Shown here: piece after piece, positions 10,601 to 20,435 of the stretch
How the letters are laid out: every line of letters begins with the position of its first letter
How positions within the stretch are numbered: position 1 is the stretch's first letter
Source: a virus
Reading direction: 5' to 3' (one strand)
Length of the DNA stretch: 64,000 nt
IMG/VR virus record: IMGVR_UViG_3300037258_000147
Coordinates: 1-64,000 of that record
Notes under the pieces: generated by a model
Told to the model about the DNA's origin: nothing
Databases searched by the model: none
What the model saw: the letters and a program-made list of their open reading frames with translations, nothing else
Program-made: the position numbers and the translations under genes

Positions 10601-12341
10601 CGTCTTCCGTTCCCATTAGTTCTTGAGGAATTACTCCTTGTTTCACCAAGTCTGGGATTGTGGACATAGCGCTGCTGTGGGGAAACCCGTGGTCCTCTAT
10701 ACGAAGAGGATTGTTTATTCCAAGTCTAGCTTCAATTACATTACCAAGTTCTCTTCCAGAAGACCCGGCTGAGAACCTCTCAGCCAGACTTCTATCTGGG
10801 GTAAAATGCGCGCCTAGACCATCGGTTCTTGGCGGGCCTTCAAAACTTATCGGAGTACCATGAAAGACAATCGGGCTTAGTGGTAACCGCTCGTCTCTGC
10901 CAGCAGCTTCGGACAGGGCGTTAAACCATTCTGCGGCTTTGCCTTTATCTCCGCCAGTTACTACATGATGAAGGACAGAGGCTAGTTCAAGTTTCTTTTG
11001 GTTTGCTACCTCTGGAGTGTCTCCTAAAATTGGACGCGGGGATTCGTGGCCCAATAATTGTCGGCCAAGTTTGTCGATACTAATTCCGTGTTGTTCTGCT
11101 ACTACTTGGCTCGCTTCTCTTTCTTTATTAGCCCTGTCTATTGCCAGCCATTCATCATTTGGTCTGAACTTAGTGTTTTCTAGAATCGGTTTGAATAATT
11201 CACCGGCAGAATTCAGGGCATGTGATGTGCCTAAAATACCAAGACCGGCTCCGACAAACATCTCGGTTCCGTATTCCTTGGCCGCGTCGTAGTCCCCTTC
11301 TTTTAACGCATCCAAAAATCTCGGAGACATTTGAGACGCTACTTGTAGTTGTTGTAGAGTAAACCCGGTTGTCAATAAAGTCTTGGCAGTTTTGGCTGCG
11401 CGCAGACTTGTTGCTATAGGTAAATCTGGTACGGCCTTCCTGATGATCTGGAAAGCTCCTCGATCAATCGCATCCCCGCCCAGCAAATCTTGTTCAGTCA
11501 TCCCGTTGTTGTATAAAGCGGCCTGCGCTCTTTTCCACAACGTAGGATCAACACCAGCTTGTTTAACCGCGTCTTCAACCGGGCTGAAATCTTGGGTAGC
11601 TTTTCTGATAGTTTGACTAGCATCAGAAAGTTGTTTAATCTGGTCTTCAGAAAACCCGGAGGCAGTGAGTTGTTTTTGGACTGCTTCTTCCCCGAATTTA
11701 TTAGACAGGTCTATGGGGCCTAGTTTTAACTTGGCGTCATTGACTAACTTAACTAACTCATCTCCCCCCTTAGCCTTAAGAGCGTCTGTAATAACCGGCT
11801 CAATAGGCTTCAGGTCTTTTTGAGCCTGAAGTGCTGCTTGAGATGCTTTTACGATCTGAGGGATTTCTTCGGCTGCAAATTCTCCAGTTTCTTTTAAAGC
11901 TGTGACCCCCGCTGATTCTAAAAGCCCGCCCCCGCCAAATGTAGCAGCCGTAAGAGCTAAAGACAAAGGAGACGTAAGCCCGGAAGCTATATGCTCCAAT
12001 CCTCTTTCAAACCCACCAGCACCTTGTCTGTTTTCTGGAAGCCCGAATAACGATTCGGTTAGAGGAGTGTTGGCAAAATCCCAGGCACGTTTGTACCATG
12101 GTTGGTTAGGGTCTTCGTATAAATGAGACTCAGGTTGTCCATTTTCCGGACTAGAAGAATCTGGGGACCCTACTACAGCAAATCCGTTTTCATCGAAAGC
12201 AGGACTTGAAGACGAAAAAGGGCGGGGACTCGGTGAAGAGCCTCCGCCCACTATTTGAAATCCATTTTGGTCTACACCCGAAGAAGCCGTTGGAGTTGCT
12301 CCAACTATCGGAAAACCATTAGCATCTGTCTGTGAATTCAT
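7668..12341 (-). CDS. large internal virion (DNA ejection) protein with inserted ADP-ribosyltransferase-like domain
   Basis: 1557 aa helical protein at the ejection-protein position; VFHGT...HFT...GYDGLVY...EDTYVAFNQSQI segment. Confidence 0.75.
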   Translation of the reverse strand: MNSQTDANGFPIVGATPTASSGVDQNGFQIVGGGSSPSPRPFSSSSPAFDENGFAVVGSPDSSSPENGQPESHLYEDPNQPWYKRAWDFANTPLTESLFGLPENRQGAGGFERGLEHIASGLTSPLSLALTAATFGGGGLLESAGVTALKETGEFAAEEIPQIVKASQAALQAQKDLKPIEPVITDALKAKGGDELVKLVNDAKLKLGPIDLSNKFGEEAVQKQLTASGFSEDQIKQLSDASQTIRKATQDFSPVEDAVKQAGVDPTLWKRAQAALYNNGMTEQDLLGGDAIDRGAFQIIRKAVPDLPIATSLRAAKTAKTLLTTGFTLQQLQVASQMSPRFLDALKEGDYDAAKEYGTEMFVGAGLGILGTSHALNSAGELFKPILENTKFRPNDEWLAIDRANKEREASQVVAEQHGISIDKLGRQLLGHESPRPILGDTPEVANQKKLELASVLHHVVTGGDKGKAAEWFNALSEAAGRDERLPLSPIVFHGTPISFEGPPRTDGLGAHFTPDRSLAERFSAGSSGRELGNVIEARLGINNPLRIEDHGFPHSSAMSTIPDLVKQGVIPQELMGTEDELAKRLNDRQTEIYGGPEGLQGLSKQEIKDKLFSSFQQAQNEELEKVKSYLQSKGYDGLVYKNNLEGSGEDTYVAFNQSQIRPLNGQLDEQIKSNVFKNHSKDYQNLVLNSLRRVANGELSDKELAASKYLGEQQAKNFEIGSANDLLYSHIEDYMTRVYQDTNPQGNVILSDAKQGKLSTNVSMARQRVYDSNLTALLKSPKEMFLDPVQITAQGRTSLIKAAANRQLIDTLRDKFPRGSDGRPAVVLSGQGQMVSGQNGEDPRMYFDPNRVRRINIADPVVDQLTKSGDLQRFLDDGTIRDITPYVNPGNIGTAIDRLEDQAGRTNAKYDEVGNNKLRTQIMYLKSMLGNKDFSGLKDFNDGLKKLYAWDPQDYISLDNNAMKGWNFVTNSADGAPVFVRSDVRVHPEFAEYLQNRLGLEKSAIASNPIGKALLGAGTKLKQTLLSLSPFHLAQEALRGIMTGINPFHITGPDVLNGQKIDPSDPYSPTILRKAVEHGATLGTDYKALQEHSEGVSAGGGIIKSVPLIGKTLSNALDWYQDFLFKRYIPALKSRAIELLYRQYESAHPDWSVDRVAKAAGTHANETFGGINWRAMGRAATSQDWGRLLLLAPDWLESEMRSGARLFNKDEGGIGRAQVAKMALGLWGVSRVLNLVTTGNPHYEAPFGLAVKNKEGKETVFGIRTLPTDLLSAASDPVRFIKGRLSPTFRGLDELSEGRDQYGRKLAPEDLWADVFRNMAPIPVQSAGQAMSGSGPEVGNIGQTWKSVGGTAQTYSTPAQKFAADLASSHSEDGPLDPVAQARHRQVLRIEDQVRAGELSWPDLYKLTYQTDQLRESELKKIQDNVKSTQGKTPDIALLYSRASRLPATQYLQMLDLANPSEKAALIPLTIKTQKRYLTKAKKEETPEERSKDPVFQKFIRMIPGSAPGPQSYIPPAVQREAAYLYTATHAQTGHRVGSNDGQNWYDNQTGAPVNG

Positions 12342-12373
12342 GCTACCTTTTTATTTTTATTATTCTGCCGTTT

Positions 12374-14095
12374 TCAATAGGAATTTCCTTTGGTCAGGTC
12401 CATCCCCGCCAAAGACTCACTAGGTGTTTGCGGCGGTTTTGCAGGAGCAACTGAGACAACTTTTCCTTGCGCTATCGGGGCTGTCTGGAAAGACGGATTA
12501 GCTTTGCTTGATTCATAATCCGAACGACTGACATCTGTCGTGCTCCCATCAGGAAGTTGTATTGTTAACGTATCATCAGGACTTCCCGCTCCGGCTGATC
12601 CTACTTTTTTATACCCCAATTTAGTGGCCTTATCTATTTGTTCTTGAGTAGCCGCTATAACTTGCTGTCCTTGGGGGTTAATAAAGGTAACTGGCTGAAC
12701 CTGGGCGGACGGGGGAACAAAAATGCTATGTTTCCTAGCATCGTCTAGTTGTTCTTGGAGATTAGAAGCTCTTTGTTGCGCCGATCCTGATATTGCAGAA
12801 TCGTTGCTAGACAACTGTTCCTTCAAATTCGGGTCATTTAATTCAGTTCTATACCCATCAATATCTTTCTGAATTTGAGGCTGCATTGCTACGATTTCTT
12901 CTGGAGTTAGATTTGCTTTGTCCCAATCTCCTTTTGAAGCGGCTAGTTTGGTTTGAGCAGATTCCCCGAGTTTTTCTTGTTTTAGCTCTAGGGACCGAAC
13001 AGCCGCTTCGTCGCCCGAGGCCGCTGCTGCTGCGTTAGATGCTCCTGTTCTAGCCAATAATTCTGTTAATTCATCAGAGTTTTTCTTCGTTTGGAAATCA
13101 TTATCCGCTTTGGCCTTGGAGTCTGCCTTCATTCTAGTATTTTGTACGTTTAAAGAAGTCAGAGCAGAGTACGGCAGCATATACTGCCCGTCTGAGTTTT
13201 TCTTCATGTTGGACAGAAGATTGGGGTTCATGTCCAAAAGCCCGGAGTCTTTCCAGTCTTTTATTAGAGACGAAGGGACTACTACATTTCCTTTTGGATC
13301 GTAAGCAGACCATTGAGTTTGATAACTTACCCTATTGTCTGAATCAACGTAACTTGTAACTCCGCTAGGCTGCCAGTCTAAAGACGCCGACCCGGGGTGA
13401 TTCTTGATATAATTTTCATGGTCGGTTTCTGAAATATTCGAAACTACTGGAGTTAATCCGGTTTCTTGGTACGACTGGATAATTGGTTTTGCGTCTTCAA
13501 CTAACTGCTTATGAGAAGTATAATCCCCGGACTGTATATCATGCAGGGTCTTTAATTTCTCCAGATTATACATGGAAATCTGGGCTTTGCGCAGTTGTTC
13601 TTCGGACGCTTGGGACTGCGCCTTTTGCTGGTTTTCAAATTGCTGTTGGGCTTGTTGATCTTGTCTTTGTTGGTTTTCCTGAGATTGTTTTCCAGCCGCA
13701 GCCGCCCCATTACTAATTGAGGCCCACGGGCTACCAGCCCCTTTAGACTCGGCGGTTTCTCCAGCAGTTCCCATCCCGGCCAAAGCTCCTGCTAAGATAC
13801 TCCTGAAGAGTTGTCCCGGTTTATTAGGAACTTGGATAGGTACAGGCCCGTCGGGGGTCTGCTGATATTGAGTAGAAGTCCCCGAGGCTATGTGGTGAAA
13901 CGCTTGACCTATAGCAGCCATTTTAGATACATGCTGGGCTACTGGGGTTGGTACTGTTACCGTAGGCGGAGTAGGGGCCTGCTGCGTCGGCTGATTCGGA
14001 ATTTGATTAGGGGTCGAATCGGACTGCACTTGCGGGCCACCCATTCCATTTTGTGGACTAGGGGGAGTTGGAGAATTGGGCGGGAAAAACGGCAT
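12374..14095 (-). CDS. putative internal virion/ejection protein
   Basis: P/Q-rich N-terminus, GALAGMG glycine zipper, coiled coil; gene position. Confidence 0.6.
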   Translation of the reverse strand: MPFFPPNSPTPPSPQNGMGGPQVQSDSTPNQIPNQPTQQAPTPPTVTVPTPVAQHVSKMAAIGQAFHHIASGTSTQYQQTPDGPVPIQVPNKPGQLFRSILAGALAGMGTAGETAESKGAGSPWASISNGAAAAGKQSQENQQRQDQQAQQQFENQQKAQSQASEEQLRKAQISMYNLEKLKTLHDIQSGDYTSHKQLVEDAKPIIQSYQETGLTPVVSNISETDHENYIKNHPGSASLDWQPSGVTSYVDSDNRVSYQTQWSAYDPKGNVVVPSSLIKDWKDSGLLDMNPNLLSNMKKNSDGQYMLPYSALTSLNVQNTRMKADSKAKADNDFQTKKNSDELTELLARTGASNAAAAASGDEAAVRSLELKQEKLGESAQTKLAASKGDWDKANLTPEEIVAMQPQIQKDIDGYRTELNDPNLKEQLSSNDSAISGSAQQRASNLQEQLDDARKHSIFVPPSAQVQPVTFINPQGQQVIAATQEQIDKATKLGYKKVGSAGAGSPDDTLTIQLPDGSTTDVSRSDYESSKANPSFQTAPIAQGKVVSVAPAKPPQTPSESLAGMDLTKGNSY

Positions 14096-14487
14096 TATTT
14101 TTTATCCTCCACAAACCACGAAAGCGGGGTTGTGAGTTGAATATTCTGATCCTTCAAAGCTCTACGCAAGAATTTAACGATTTTTTGCTGCGAGCCTACC
14201 TCGGAAATTCCAAACACCCGTAAGATGTTCTCAAGTTTGTCGTCGGATTTTACTCCGGCCCTAGACTCGCCGCGTATCTTTATTTCTAAATCGAACAACC
14301 CGGCTCTTAGTCCTGCAAGAGATGAGTTGAATACACGAGTTCCATCTTCAGTAATCTCATTTTTACCAGGTCTGGAGAAACTTTTCACGAGTAAGGGGTT
14401 TCTGAGTTGATAGGCAGTAGAGTCCGGGTTATTCCAACCCTTCCAGTCCGAAATTGCGTCTAGTAATCCTTCAATTTTATTGACCAT
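14095..14487 (-). CDS. virion-associated lysozyme-fold-like protein
   Basis: MVNKIEGLLDAISDWKGW...S.AYQLRNPL...RVFNS..AGLRA resembles A.A..EG....RNNNPGN lysozyme-like proteins. Confidence 0.45.
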   Translation of the reverse strand: MVNKIEGLLDAISDWKGWNNPDSTAYQLRNPLLVKSFSRPGKNEITEDGTRVFNSSLAGLRAGLFDLEIKIRGESRAGVKSDDKLENILRVFGISEVGSQQKIVKFLRRALKDQNIQLTTPLSWFVEDKK

Positions 14488-15233
14488 TATACTTTTTTCG
14501 CCAGACTGCCGCCCACACCGCCCGTAAAGGAATCTAGTCCAGCGCCTAGCGCTCCACCCAAAAGACCGCCTACGACGTTCCAAGGGCTTGCAGCGTTGTT
14601 CATTTGTTGAACTTGGGAAGCAGAGTCAAAAGCTGAACTTCCAGCGCCTGTAGCCTGCCCGGCGTATCCGGTAGGGTTATACATGCCAGCCACGCCTTGT
14701 TCTTCTCCTAAAGCAGACTGGTACTGGTTATATCCTTGCTGATATCCAGCTTGTTGGACGCCCATTAGCTGGTTTGAAGCCTGATTAGCGCCTGCTGCGG
14801 CCAGACTAGCTTGTTGTGCGGCTTGTGCGCCTGAAGGGAGGTAAGAATTTCCACCCCCAGCGGTTGCTTGGTTGGCTTTAAGGGCCTGAGAAGCGGCGGC
14901 ATACTGTTGTCCAGTTCCTTGTACGGCCTGAGAATTTAAATTATTGGTTTCGGCAGTCGAAAAGCCAAATTGATTAGGGCCTGCGTTTATAATCGGGGAC
15001 AGGGTATTATTCAAACTCGAAAGAATATTTGACTGTTGGGCAAATTGGGTGTTATAATCATTCGTAAGGGTTGAATAATATTGAGCCTGTTGATTAGCCA
15101 GATTCTCTTGGGAAGCCGAAGCACCTTTCAATAAAGCAATTTGTCCATAAAATGGACTAGAGTTTTGGATCACGCGGATATAACGGCCCTGTCTTTGTGA
15201 CCACTCAAATTCGATCCGCGTATAAATTTGCAT
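14487..15233 (-). CDS. putative DNA pilot/ejection protein
   Basis: Q/N/A/G-rich with C-terminal glycine zipper GGLLGGALGAG. Confidence 0.55.
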   Translation of the reverse strand: MQIYTRIEFEWSQRQGRYIRVIQNSSPFYGQIALLKGASASQENLANQQAQYYSTLTNDYNTQFAQQSNILSSLNNTLSPIINAGPNQFGFSTAETNNLNSQAVQGTGQQYAAASQALKANQATAGGGNSYLPSGAQAAQQASLAAAGANQASNQLMGVQQAGYQQGYNQYQSALGEEQGVAGMYNPTGYAGQATGAGSSAFDSASQVQQMNNAASPWNVVGGLLGGALGAGLDSFTGGVGGSLAKKV

Positions 15234-15292
15234 TTTTTAGTCCTTTGGCATATAATGTTTTTGGAGATGGAAATTATTGGCAGGCGTTGAAC

Positions 15293-15703
15293 TTAATCGG
15301 CCAAAAGATCGGCCAGTTTAACTCGGTAGACCTTCAGCGGAACTTCTTCGAAAATATGGTTCGTAGCAAACTCGTTAGTTTTTTCGTCCGAGCCGAGAAA
15401 ATAAATCTCACCAGCCCCAGAAAGGTGTGCTTGTGTGATTGCGTTCTGAGTTAGTTCCCTGAGAGCCGACGAAATACGAATAGAATCTAAGCCCGGTCTT
15501 GGGGCCAAACTCTCCAGCATCGCCGGTCTTTGAATTGTCTGGAAAGCTACTGGGCCTGTTTTATCGTAGGCGCACCAAGTAACTGACGCCGGGTATAACG
15601 GAACTTGGGGGTCGAACTCGTTCTTGTCTTTATTTTCCAGGCTCCAATCGAGGAAAAGTTGTCCTTCATTCGGTTGGATTGGCCGGACAAAAATAGGGTT
15701 CAC
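15293..15703 (-). CDS. GNAT-like virion assembly protein
   Basis: IFVRPI start and GAGEIYF...F segment; lies between nozzle and ejection genes as in podoviruses. Confidence 0.45.
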   Translation of the reverse strand: MNPIFVRPIQPNEGQLFLDWSLENKDKNEFDPQVPLYPASVTWCAYDKTGPVAFQTIQRPAMLESLAPRPGLDSIRISSALRELTQNAITQAHLSGAGEIYFLGSDEKTNEFATNHIFEEVPLKVYRVKLADLLAD

Positions 15704-15999
15704 GGAATCCTGCTTAACACTACATTCATACTGTCGGCCAGCCGAGAGAAGCCGTCCTTTACGTCCTCTCTCAGGCCCGAGATGTTTTCGTTAGTGTGTT
15801 CTAGTTCTATTTGAATATGCGGAAGGTGGTTTGTCATAACTATATTCATGTCCGCTCGCAACGCTGGCAAGTCCTCGGCCCAGACCTCGACTTTTCTAAA
15901 TATCCGGTTTGCCCGGTATAGAAAAACAAGGATAACGGACCACGATAACATACTAGACCAATGCGCGGACAGCCAGTCCATGGGGTTCCAAGGTTGCAT
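15700..15999 (-). CDS. membrane protein (holin-like)
   Basis: single TM helix followed by coiled coil. Confidence 0.45.
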   Translation of the reverse strand: MQPWNPMDWLSAHWSSMLSWSVILVFLYRANRIFRKVEVWAEDLPALRADMNIVMTNHLPHIQIELEHTNENISGLREDVKDGFSRLADSMNVVLSRIP

Positions 16000-16011
16000 A
16001 CGAAGCCTTAA

Positions 16012-16245
16012 TTAAGATATAGGTTTTAGTGGAGAAAACCGGTACTGCGGAATTCTTCCTCCGGCATAATACTGGCGGAGTGAATCAGATGCTGGTATAA
16101 CAAGGTTGGGTAATGGGGTTCGTAAAATCGGACTCATTCCGGGGAATGCTGGAGACAAGGGAGGTTTTATTCCTTGAAGCGGCGTAGTAATCGGCGGGTC
16201 CGGAGAAATCGGGCGAAGTTTTAGTCTGGATGATATTGAGGGCAT
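16012..16245 (-). CDS. small Pro-rich protein
   Basis: MPSISSRLKLRPISPDPP...; fills the gap in the operon. Confidence 0.45.
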   Translation of the reverse strand: MPSISSRLKLRPISPDPPITTPLQGIKPPLSPAFPGMSPILRTPLPNLVIPASDSLRQYYAGGRIPQYRFSPLKPIS

Positions 16246-16274
16246 TTTGATATCCCAAGTCTGAGTTGTTAATT

Positions 16275-19103
16275 CTACTTTTCCTGGTTGTAACTTCCGA
16301 AAATTGAGAGACTTAGCAGTTCGTTTTTCACTACGTCTTCGCCCCAATTAACCTGTATCTGTAAGTGCCTGCAAACCGCAGGCATTTGCGTTTCTGACAG
16401 ATAAAATCTTTGAGCGTATACACTCTTGCTTGGGGATAATTGAGTAGGATCGGGAACATACAAATACAACGGTTCGAAATACCCGGAAGACAACGGGGCA
16501 ATTTCGTCTAATTGTACTGCTAGACTAAGAGGATTTCCGACAGCTTGAGAGTCTGTGATGATACTTTCAACATCAGCCTCTTGCCCCGGCTGCGCGAGCA
16601 CAAGCGAACCCACAACTCCGTAGGCACTGTATTCAACTCCATTATCAGTAAACACTGTCCAGTCTCTTTGCAAAATCTTGCCAGAGGTTTTCGGACCCAG
16701 AAGCAGGTTGTGATTACCGGGGGAGGTTTCCACGGACTGTACTGCCGAAAATCCACTAGATATTTGTGCTTTCGGACTCCAAGTAGTTCCGGTTTCCGGA
16801 GACGGAGTAGACATCATCCTCCACCAAGTCCCTTGAAAATCCGATACATATAAGGCTTTTTCCTGGGAACTTTGGTAGTTCCAAGTAATGTGGGTAGATG
16901 TCGGATTGAAAGTACCAGTTCCGTTTCCTGGGCCGAACTGGTCTCCGATTGCAGAACCAATTTCAGACACCCCGGAAGACGGGTCTATCGTGAGAACTTG
17001 GTTGTCGCTTGTATATACATATACTACTCCTCCGTTAATTGCAAAAGCATCGTAGGAGGATATCCCAAGATTTTGCAAAAACGGAGTTGAGAAGAAACCG
17101 CTGTCTGAAGTACCAAGACCTTGGATGACATATAAATCAGAGTTCGTAAATACTAGCAGCCCGTTTGTGGTCGGCCACAATCTATAGACAGTACTCGGGT
17201 ATTGAAAGAAGTTTTCCGCGTCCCACGCAGTATTTCCATTACCTGATGTTACTAAAGGACCTTGGGAATACTGAACTGAGTTTCCAACCGCCATCCAGAT
17301 TCTACCAAGGTGGTAGGTTAACGCAGACCCTCCAGTTGGCGGAGGATTAGAAGAATCGGCAATTGGGGCTTCGATAAATTCATTTAAAGCAGGACCACCG
17401 TTTACAGACACGTCTGGTAAAGTATCGGTATAAGTCCAATTTTGTGGAATAGTAGTCCCGGCTCCAGGGTTTGGAATACTCCCGTCGAAAAATAATACGC
17501 TTCCGCCTTGGACAGTTCTCCAAATCCAGATTTGATCGCATTGCGGATCGTTAGTTCCCGGTCCAGTAACTGTTAACGAGGGCGAAGAACTGGTTCCTAA
17601 AATTCCGGTAGAGATGGTGAATAAAGGAGAAGCGGTAGTTAGGCTCCCGTCTAGGCCGTGGTAGCTATACGCCCACTGCCAAGCGGCGGTGGAAACAATC
17701 GTTCCTGGTCCCGCGTTTATCCAAGTTATTCCAGAGTCCGTTGTAGAGCCGCCCAGGGTAGTGCTCCAAACAGGTTGGCTACTTCCGGTAGTCCCAGTAC
17801 CTCCGGCCAATATCTGAAGGTTACCATTAGTATCTACAATCAAATATGACCCTATTTGAGCCACAGTTGACGAAGCTTTCCAAGCCCCTGTTTTACCGTA
17901 GTTAGTCCAAACAATCTGGTTATCCACTACGGTAGTAACTGGCTCGCTGTTATTTACCGGACCCGTCGGCCATATAGGTATTGTATTTCCGCTGAGAGCG
18001 GGGGTCGTGGTGAAATTTATGTTAAAAGCTACTTCGTAGTTTCCGTTGGAATCCAGAACAGTCGAAAAAATTTGAAATAGTGTGTTCGGGAACCAGTATA
18101 AATCTGTAGTTCCTCCCGATACTGTGGGCGCTTGGGCCGGGGCAGCAATCTGCCAGTTCTCTGTAGGAAGACCCATGTTCTGCCAGACAAGAGTTCCGTC
18201 TGCCGTGGTTCCCCCGGGGGTGGGATTCCAGCCCGGCTGAGTTCCCCCGGTAGTAAAAGCACTCCCAGACACGGTAATCGAGCCGGTTTCCGCTGTAGGA
18301 GCAACGTTACCGTGAAACGGCCCATAAATTAAAATGGTATTTCCGGAAATATTTCTAACTGCCCAAGGGGTTCCATTGAGATTCGTAACAGTGGTCATTC
18401 CGGTTGGGGTAATCTCGGAGTATACCGGTTCTGGATAGGCGGAAGCCAGCGTCAAGGTGTATACATACGGAGCCCCAAAAGTTAATCCGTGAGAAACTTG
18501 TACTTCTGTAATGTTTATATTAATAGTTTGGGCAGTTACTTCCTGCAAGTTACCATTAGTATCTAAAATAAAATCCCCGACCGAATACGTCTGATTGGCC
18601 GCCCAGATCAAGTTAGGTGTAAGGTATTTTTTGTTGTCTACTCCGTCTGTGAAATATAACGAATTTCCTACAGATTGGAAGTAAGCTGAACCAGACCCGG
18701 CAGACTTATTAAATATTGAGGCGCTGGTAGACGGCCCAGTACAGTCGTAAACCACAGACGCAGTGTCGGCAACTACTTGGATTTTTTCGGACGTTATAGT
18801 TTGAGCAGCGTTAAAAATCGCTGTGCGGTTTTCGTAGAACCGGTTAATTGTCGGGAAGGTAGAGGAGTTATAGACAGAATGTCCGGGGCGGCGGATCAAA
18901 GTCAGCTTAGTAGAAATTTCGGTATTTAGCCCGTCGATTAAGCAAGGTTGTGTTCCGTAAAATTCGTCCTCCAAGTGGGTAAGAGCGGAGCGCAGGGGAT
19001 TTCTTTGGGTGCAAACCCCTAAATAAAAATTGTTATGCCAGATCGGAGCATACCTCGTGGGTTTGCTCGTCTGCGCTCCCTTTTTTGCTAGTTCGTTGGG
19101 CAT
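16275..19103 (-). CDS. tail nozzle / packaged-DNA stabilisation protein
   Basis: 942 aa beta-rich; N-terminal NTEI...LIRRPG and propeller-like repeats (GRIWMAVGNSVQYS, GLLVFT). Confidence 0.7.
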   Translation of the reverse strand: MPNELAKKGAQTSKPTRYAPIWHNNFYLGVCTQRNPLRSALTHLEDEFYGTQPCLIDGLNTEISTKLTLIRRPGHSVYNSSTFPTINRFYENRTAIFNAAQTITSEKIQVVADTASVVYDCTGPSTSASIFNKSAGSGSAYFQSVGNSLYFTDGVDNKKYLTPNLIWAANQTYSVGDFILDTNGNLQEVTAQTININITEVQVSHGLTFGAPYVYTLTLASAYPEPVYSEITPTGMTTVTNLNGTPWAVRNISGNTILIYGPFHGNVAPTAETGSITVSGSAFTTGGTQPGWNPTPGGTTADGTLVWQNMGLPTENWQIAAPAQAPTVSGGTTDLYWFPNTLFQIFSTVLDSNGNYEVAFNINFTTTPALSGNTIPIWPTGPVNNSEPVTTVVDNQIVWTNYGKTGAWKASSTVAQIGSYLIVDTNGNLQILAGGTGTTGSSQPVWSTTLGGSTTDSGITWINAGPGTIVSTAAWQWAYSYHGLDGSLTTASPLFTISTGILGTSSSPSLTVTGPGTNDPQCDQIWIWRTVQGGSVLFFDGSIPNPGAGTTIPQNWTYTDTLPDVSVNGGPALNEFIEAPIADSSNPPPTGGSALTYHLGRIWMAVGNSVQYSQGPLVTSGNGNTAWDAENFFQYPSTVYRLWPTTNGLLVFTNSDLYVIQGLGTSDSGFFSTPFLQNLGISSYDAFAINGGVVYVYTSDNQVLTIDPSSGVSEIGSAIGDQFGPGNGTGTFNPTSTHITWNYQSSQEKALYVSDFQGTWWRMMSTPSPETGTTWSPKAQISSGFSAVQSVETSPGNHNLLLGPKTSGKILQRDWTVFTDNGVEYSAYGVVGSLVLAQPGQEADVESIITDSQAVGNPLSLAVQLDEIAPLSSGYFEPLYLYVPDPTQLSPSKSVYAQRFYLSETQMPAVCRHLQIQVNWGEDVVKNELLSLSIFGSYNQEK

Positions 19104-19109
19104 TGTCTA

Positions 19110-19270
19110 TGATTTTTCCTGAAGTTGATCTGAGTACTATTCCCGATTTTATTAATCTTTTTTGTACGGTAGAATATGATACCGACAGTAACTTCCCCAT
19201 TTGAAGGCTTGACTTACCCGCTTCATACAATCAAATAAGTTCTTCAGTATCGATATCTTTCCGATACTAT
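19110..19270 (-). pseudogene. relic HTH of a homing endonuclease
   Basis: RKDIDTEELI*LYEAGKSSLQMGKLLSVSYSTVQKRLIKSGIVLR with in-frame TGA and no start codon. Confidence 0.45.
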
Positions 19271-19319
19271 TGCCGTAAGGATCGCCGCCCCTGTCTAAAT
19301 AAGTAGAGAATTTCCTAGA

Positions 19320-20411
19320 TCAACCAAAAGGTTGCGGTCCAAAAGGCCACGCGGCTCCGATACCTTGCCACATTCCGTATCCAGAATCCCAGCCAGTTTG
19401 CATTATCCCGGACGGAGGAACTATCCTGTAATCTTCCTGGTTTCTGTCCGCAGCCCGAACGGCCTTGACTAGAACTTCCTCCCACTCAGCATACATCTCT
19501 GGTCCGCGTGGATCACCGTTCTCACGGTATAATGCACTCCTCATTCCTTGCCGAAATAAATATAGAATCTCCGGAGGCAGAGGATCGAGAGTTTGTTGTA
19601 ACGACCATAGACGAGGGGGGCGAGTTTGATATTGACAAACTAAGAACCAGCAGAGACCATTGAGAGCCGGGACGGGGCTTAAACGAAAAGCGTATCCATT
19701 AGGATTAGCAACTGTCCAAATTACCGTGCCGTCTTGTACTAACGACCCGGGAGTGGCGTTTGGCGGAGCCGCTGGCTGCGTGCTTCCAGACGTTCCATAC
19801 GGGGCGTTAGAAGGCAAAGAAATTGTGTTTCCTATATACCCGGGAGATTCAATATTCAATCCTAGTTGAGTAGAATCTATGAATAAAATGTTCCCGTTTA
19901 TGTCCATGAATTGCTGGATAGGCGATCTTGGGAGTTGAGAAACTCCATACCCACATCCGTAAGCAGTGTTAGCCTGCCACAGCCCCATGAAGGATTGGTA
20001 GTTTGGAACAAAAGATATATTAAAAGGCGAGGACTGGATACTTGTTTGGGGTATATCTCTTACGGTTTCCAGACTAAAAATCGGCTTAGGGGCTCCGTTA
20101 GAATTGGACGTAGAATTATTGATGTCTACTCGCCAGCCGTTTTCCAACCATCCAATATCCGTTAGATTCGTACAATAGTCTTGCTGCAAACTTACTGTCA
20201 AAAACGGAGGGGCTATCTTGCGGTTCCATTTCCACGGCATATTCTCGGCCATGATTCTGGACATGACTTCGTTCGCAATTGTGAGAAACGGTTCTGCCGA
20301 ATACCCCGCAGCCCCGCCAAGCAGATTATAGAAGTCGGGATTCGACTTCAGAGCATTGGCGACTTGCTGCACAGTCTGCGTGAAATTTTGGGGGCCGGGA
20401 AGTACAGGCAT
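19320..20411 (-). CDS. head-tail adaptor-like protein
   Basis: IANEVMSRIMAENMPWKWNR...DY...FRLSPVP pattern; adjacent to nozzle gene. Confidence 0.65.
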   Translation of the reverse strand: MPVLPGPQNFTQTVQQVANALKSNPDFYNLLGGAAGYSAEPFLTIANEVMSRIMAENMPWKWNRKIAPPFLTVSLQQDYCTNLTDIGWLENGWRVDINNSTSNSNGAPKPIFSLETVRDIPQTSIQSSPFNISFVPNYQSFMGLWQANTAYGCGYGVSQLPRSPIQQFMDINGNILFIDSTQLGLNIESPGYIGNTISLPSNAPYGTSGSTQPAAPPNATPGSLVQDGTVIWTVANPNGYAFRLSPVPALNGLCWFLVCQYQTRPPRLWSLQQTLDPLPPEILYLFRQGMRSALYRENGDPRGPEMYAEWEEVLVKAVRAADRNQEDYRIVPPSGIMQTGWDSGYGMWQGIGAAWPFGPQPFG

Positions 20412-20435
20412 TATAATCTCCGTCCATTTTATGGA

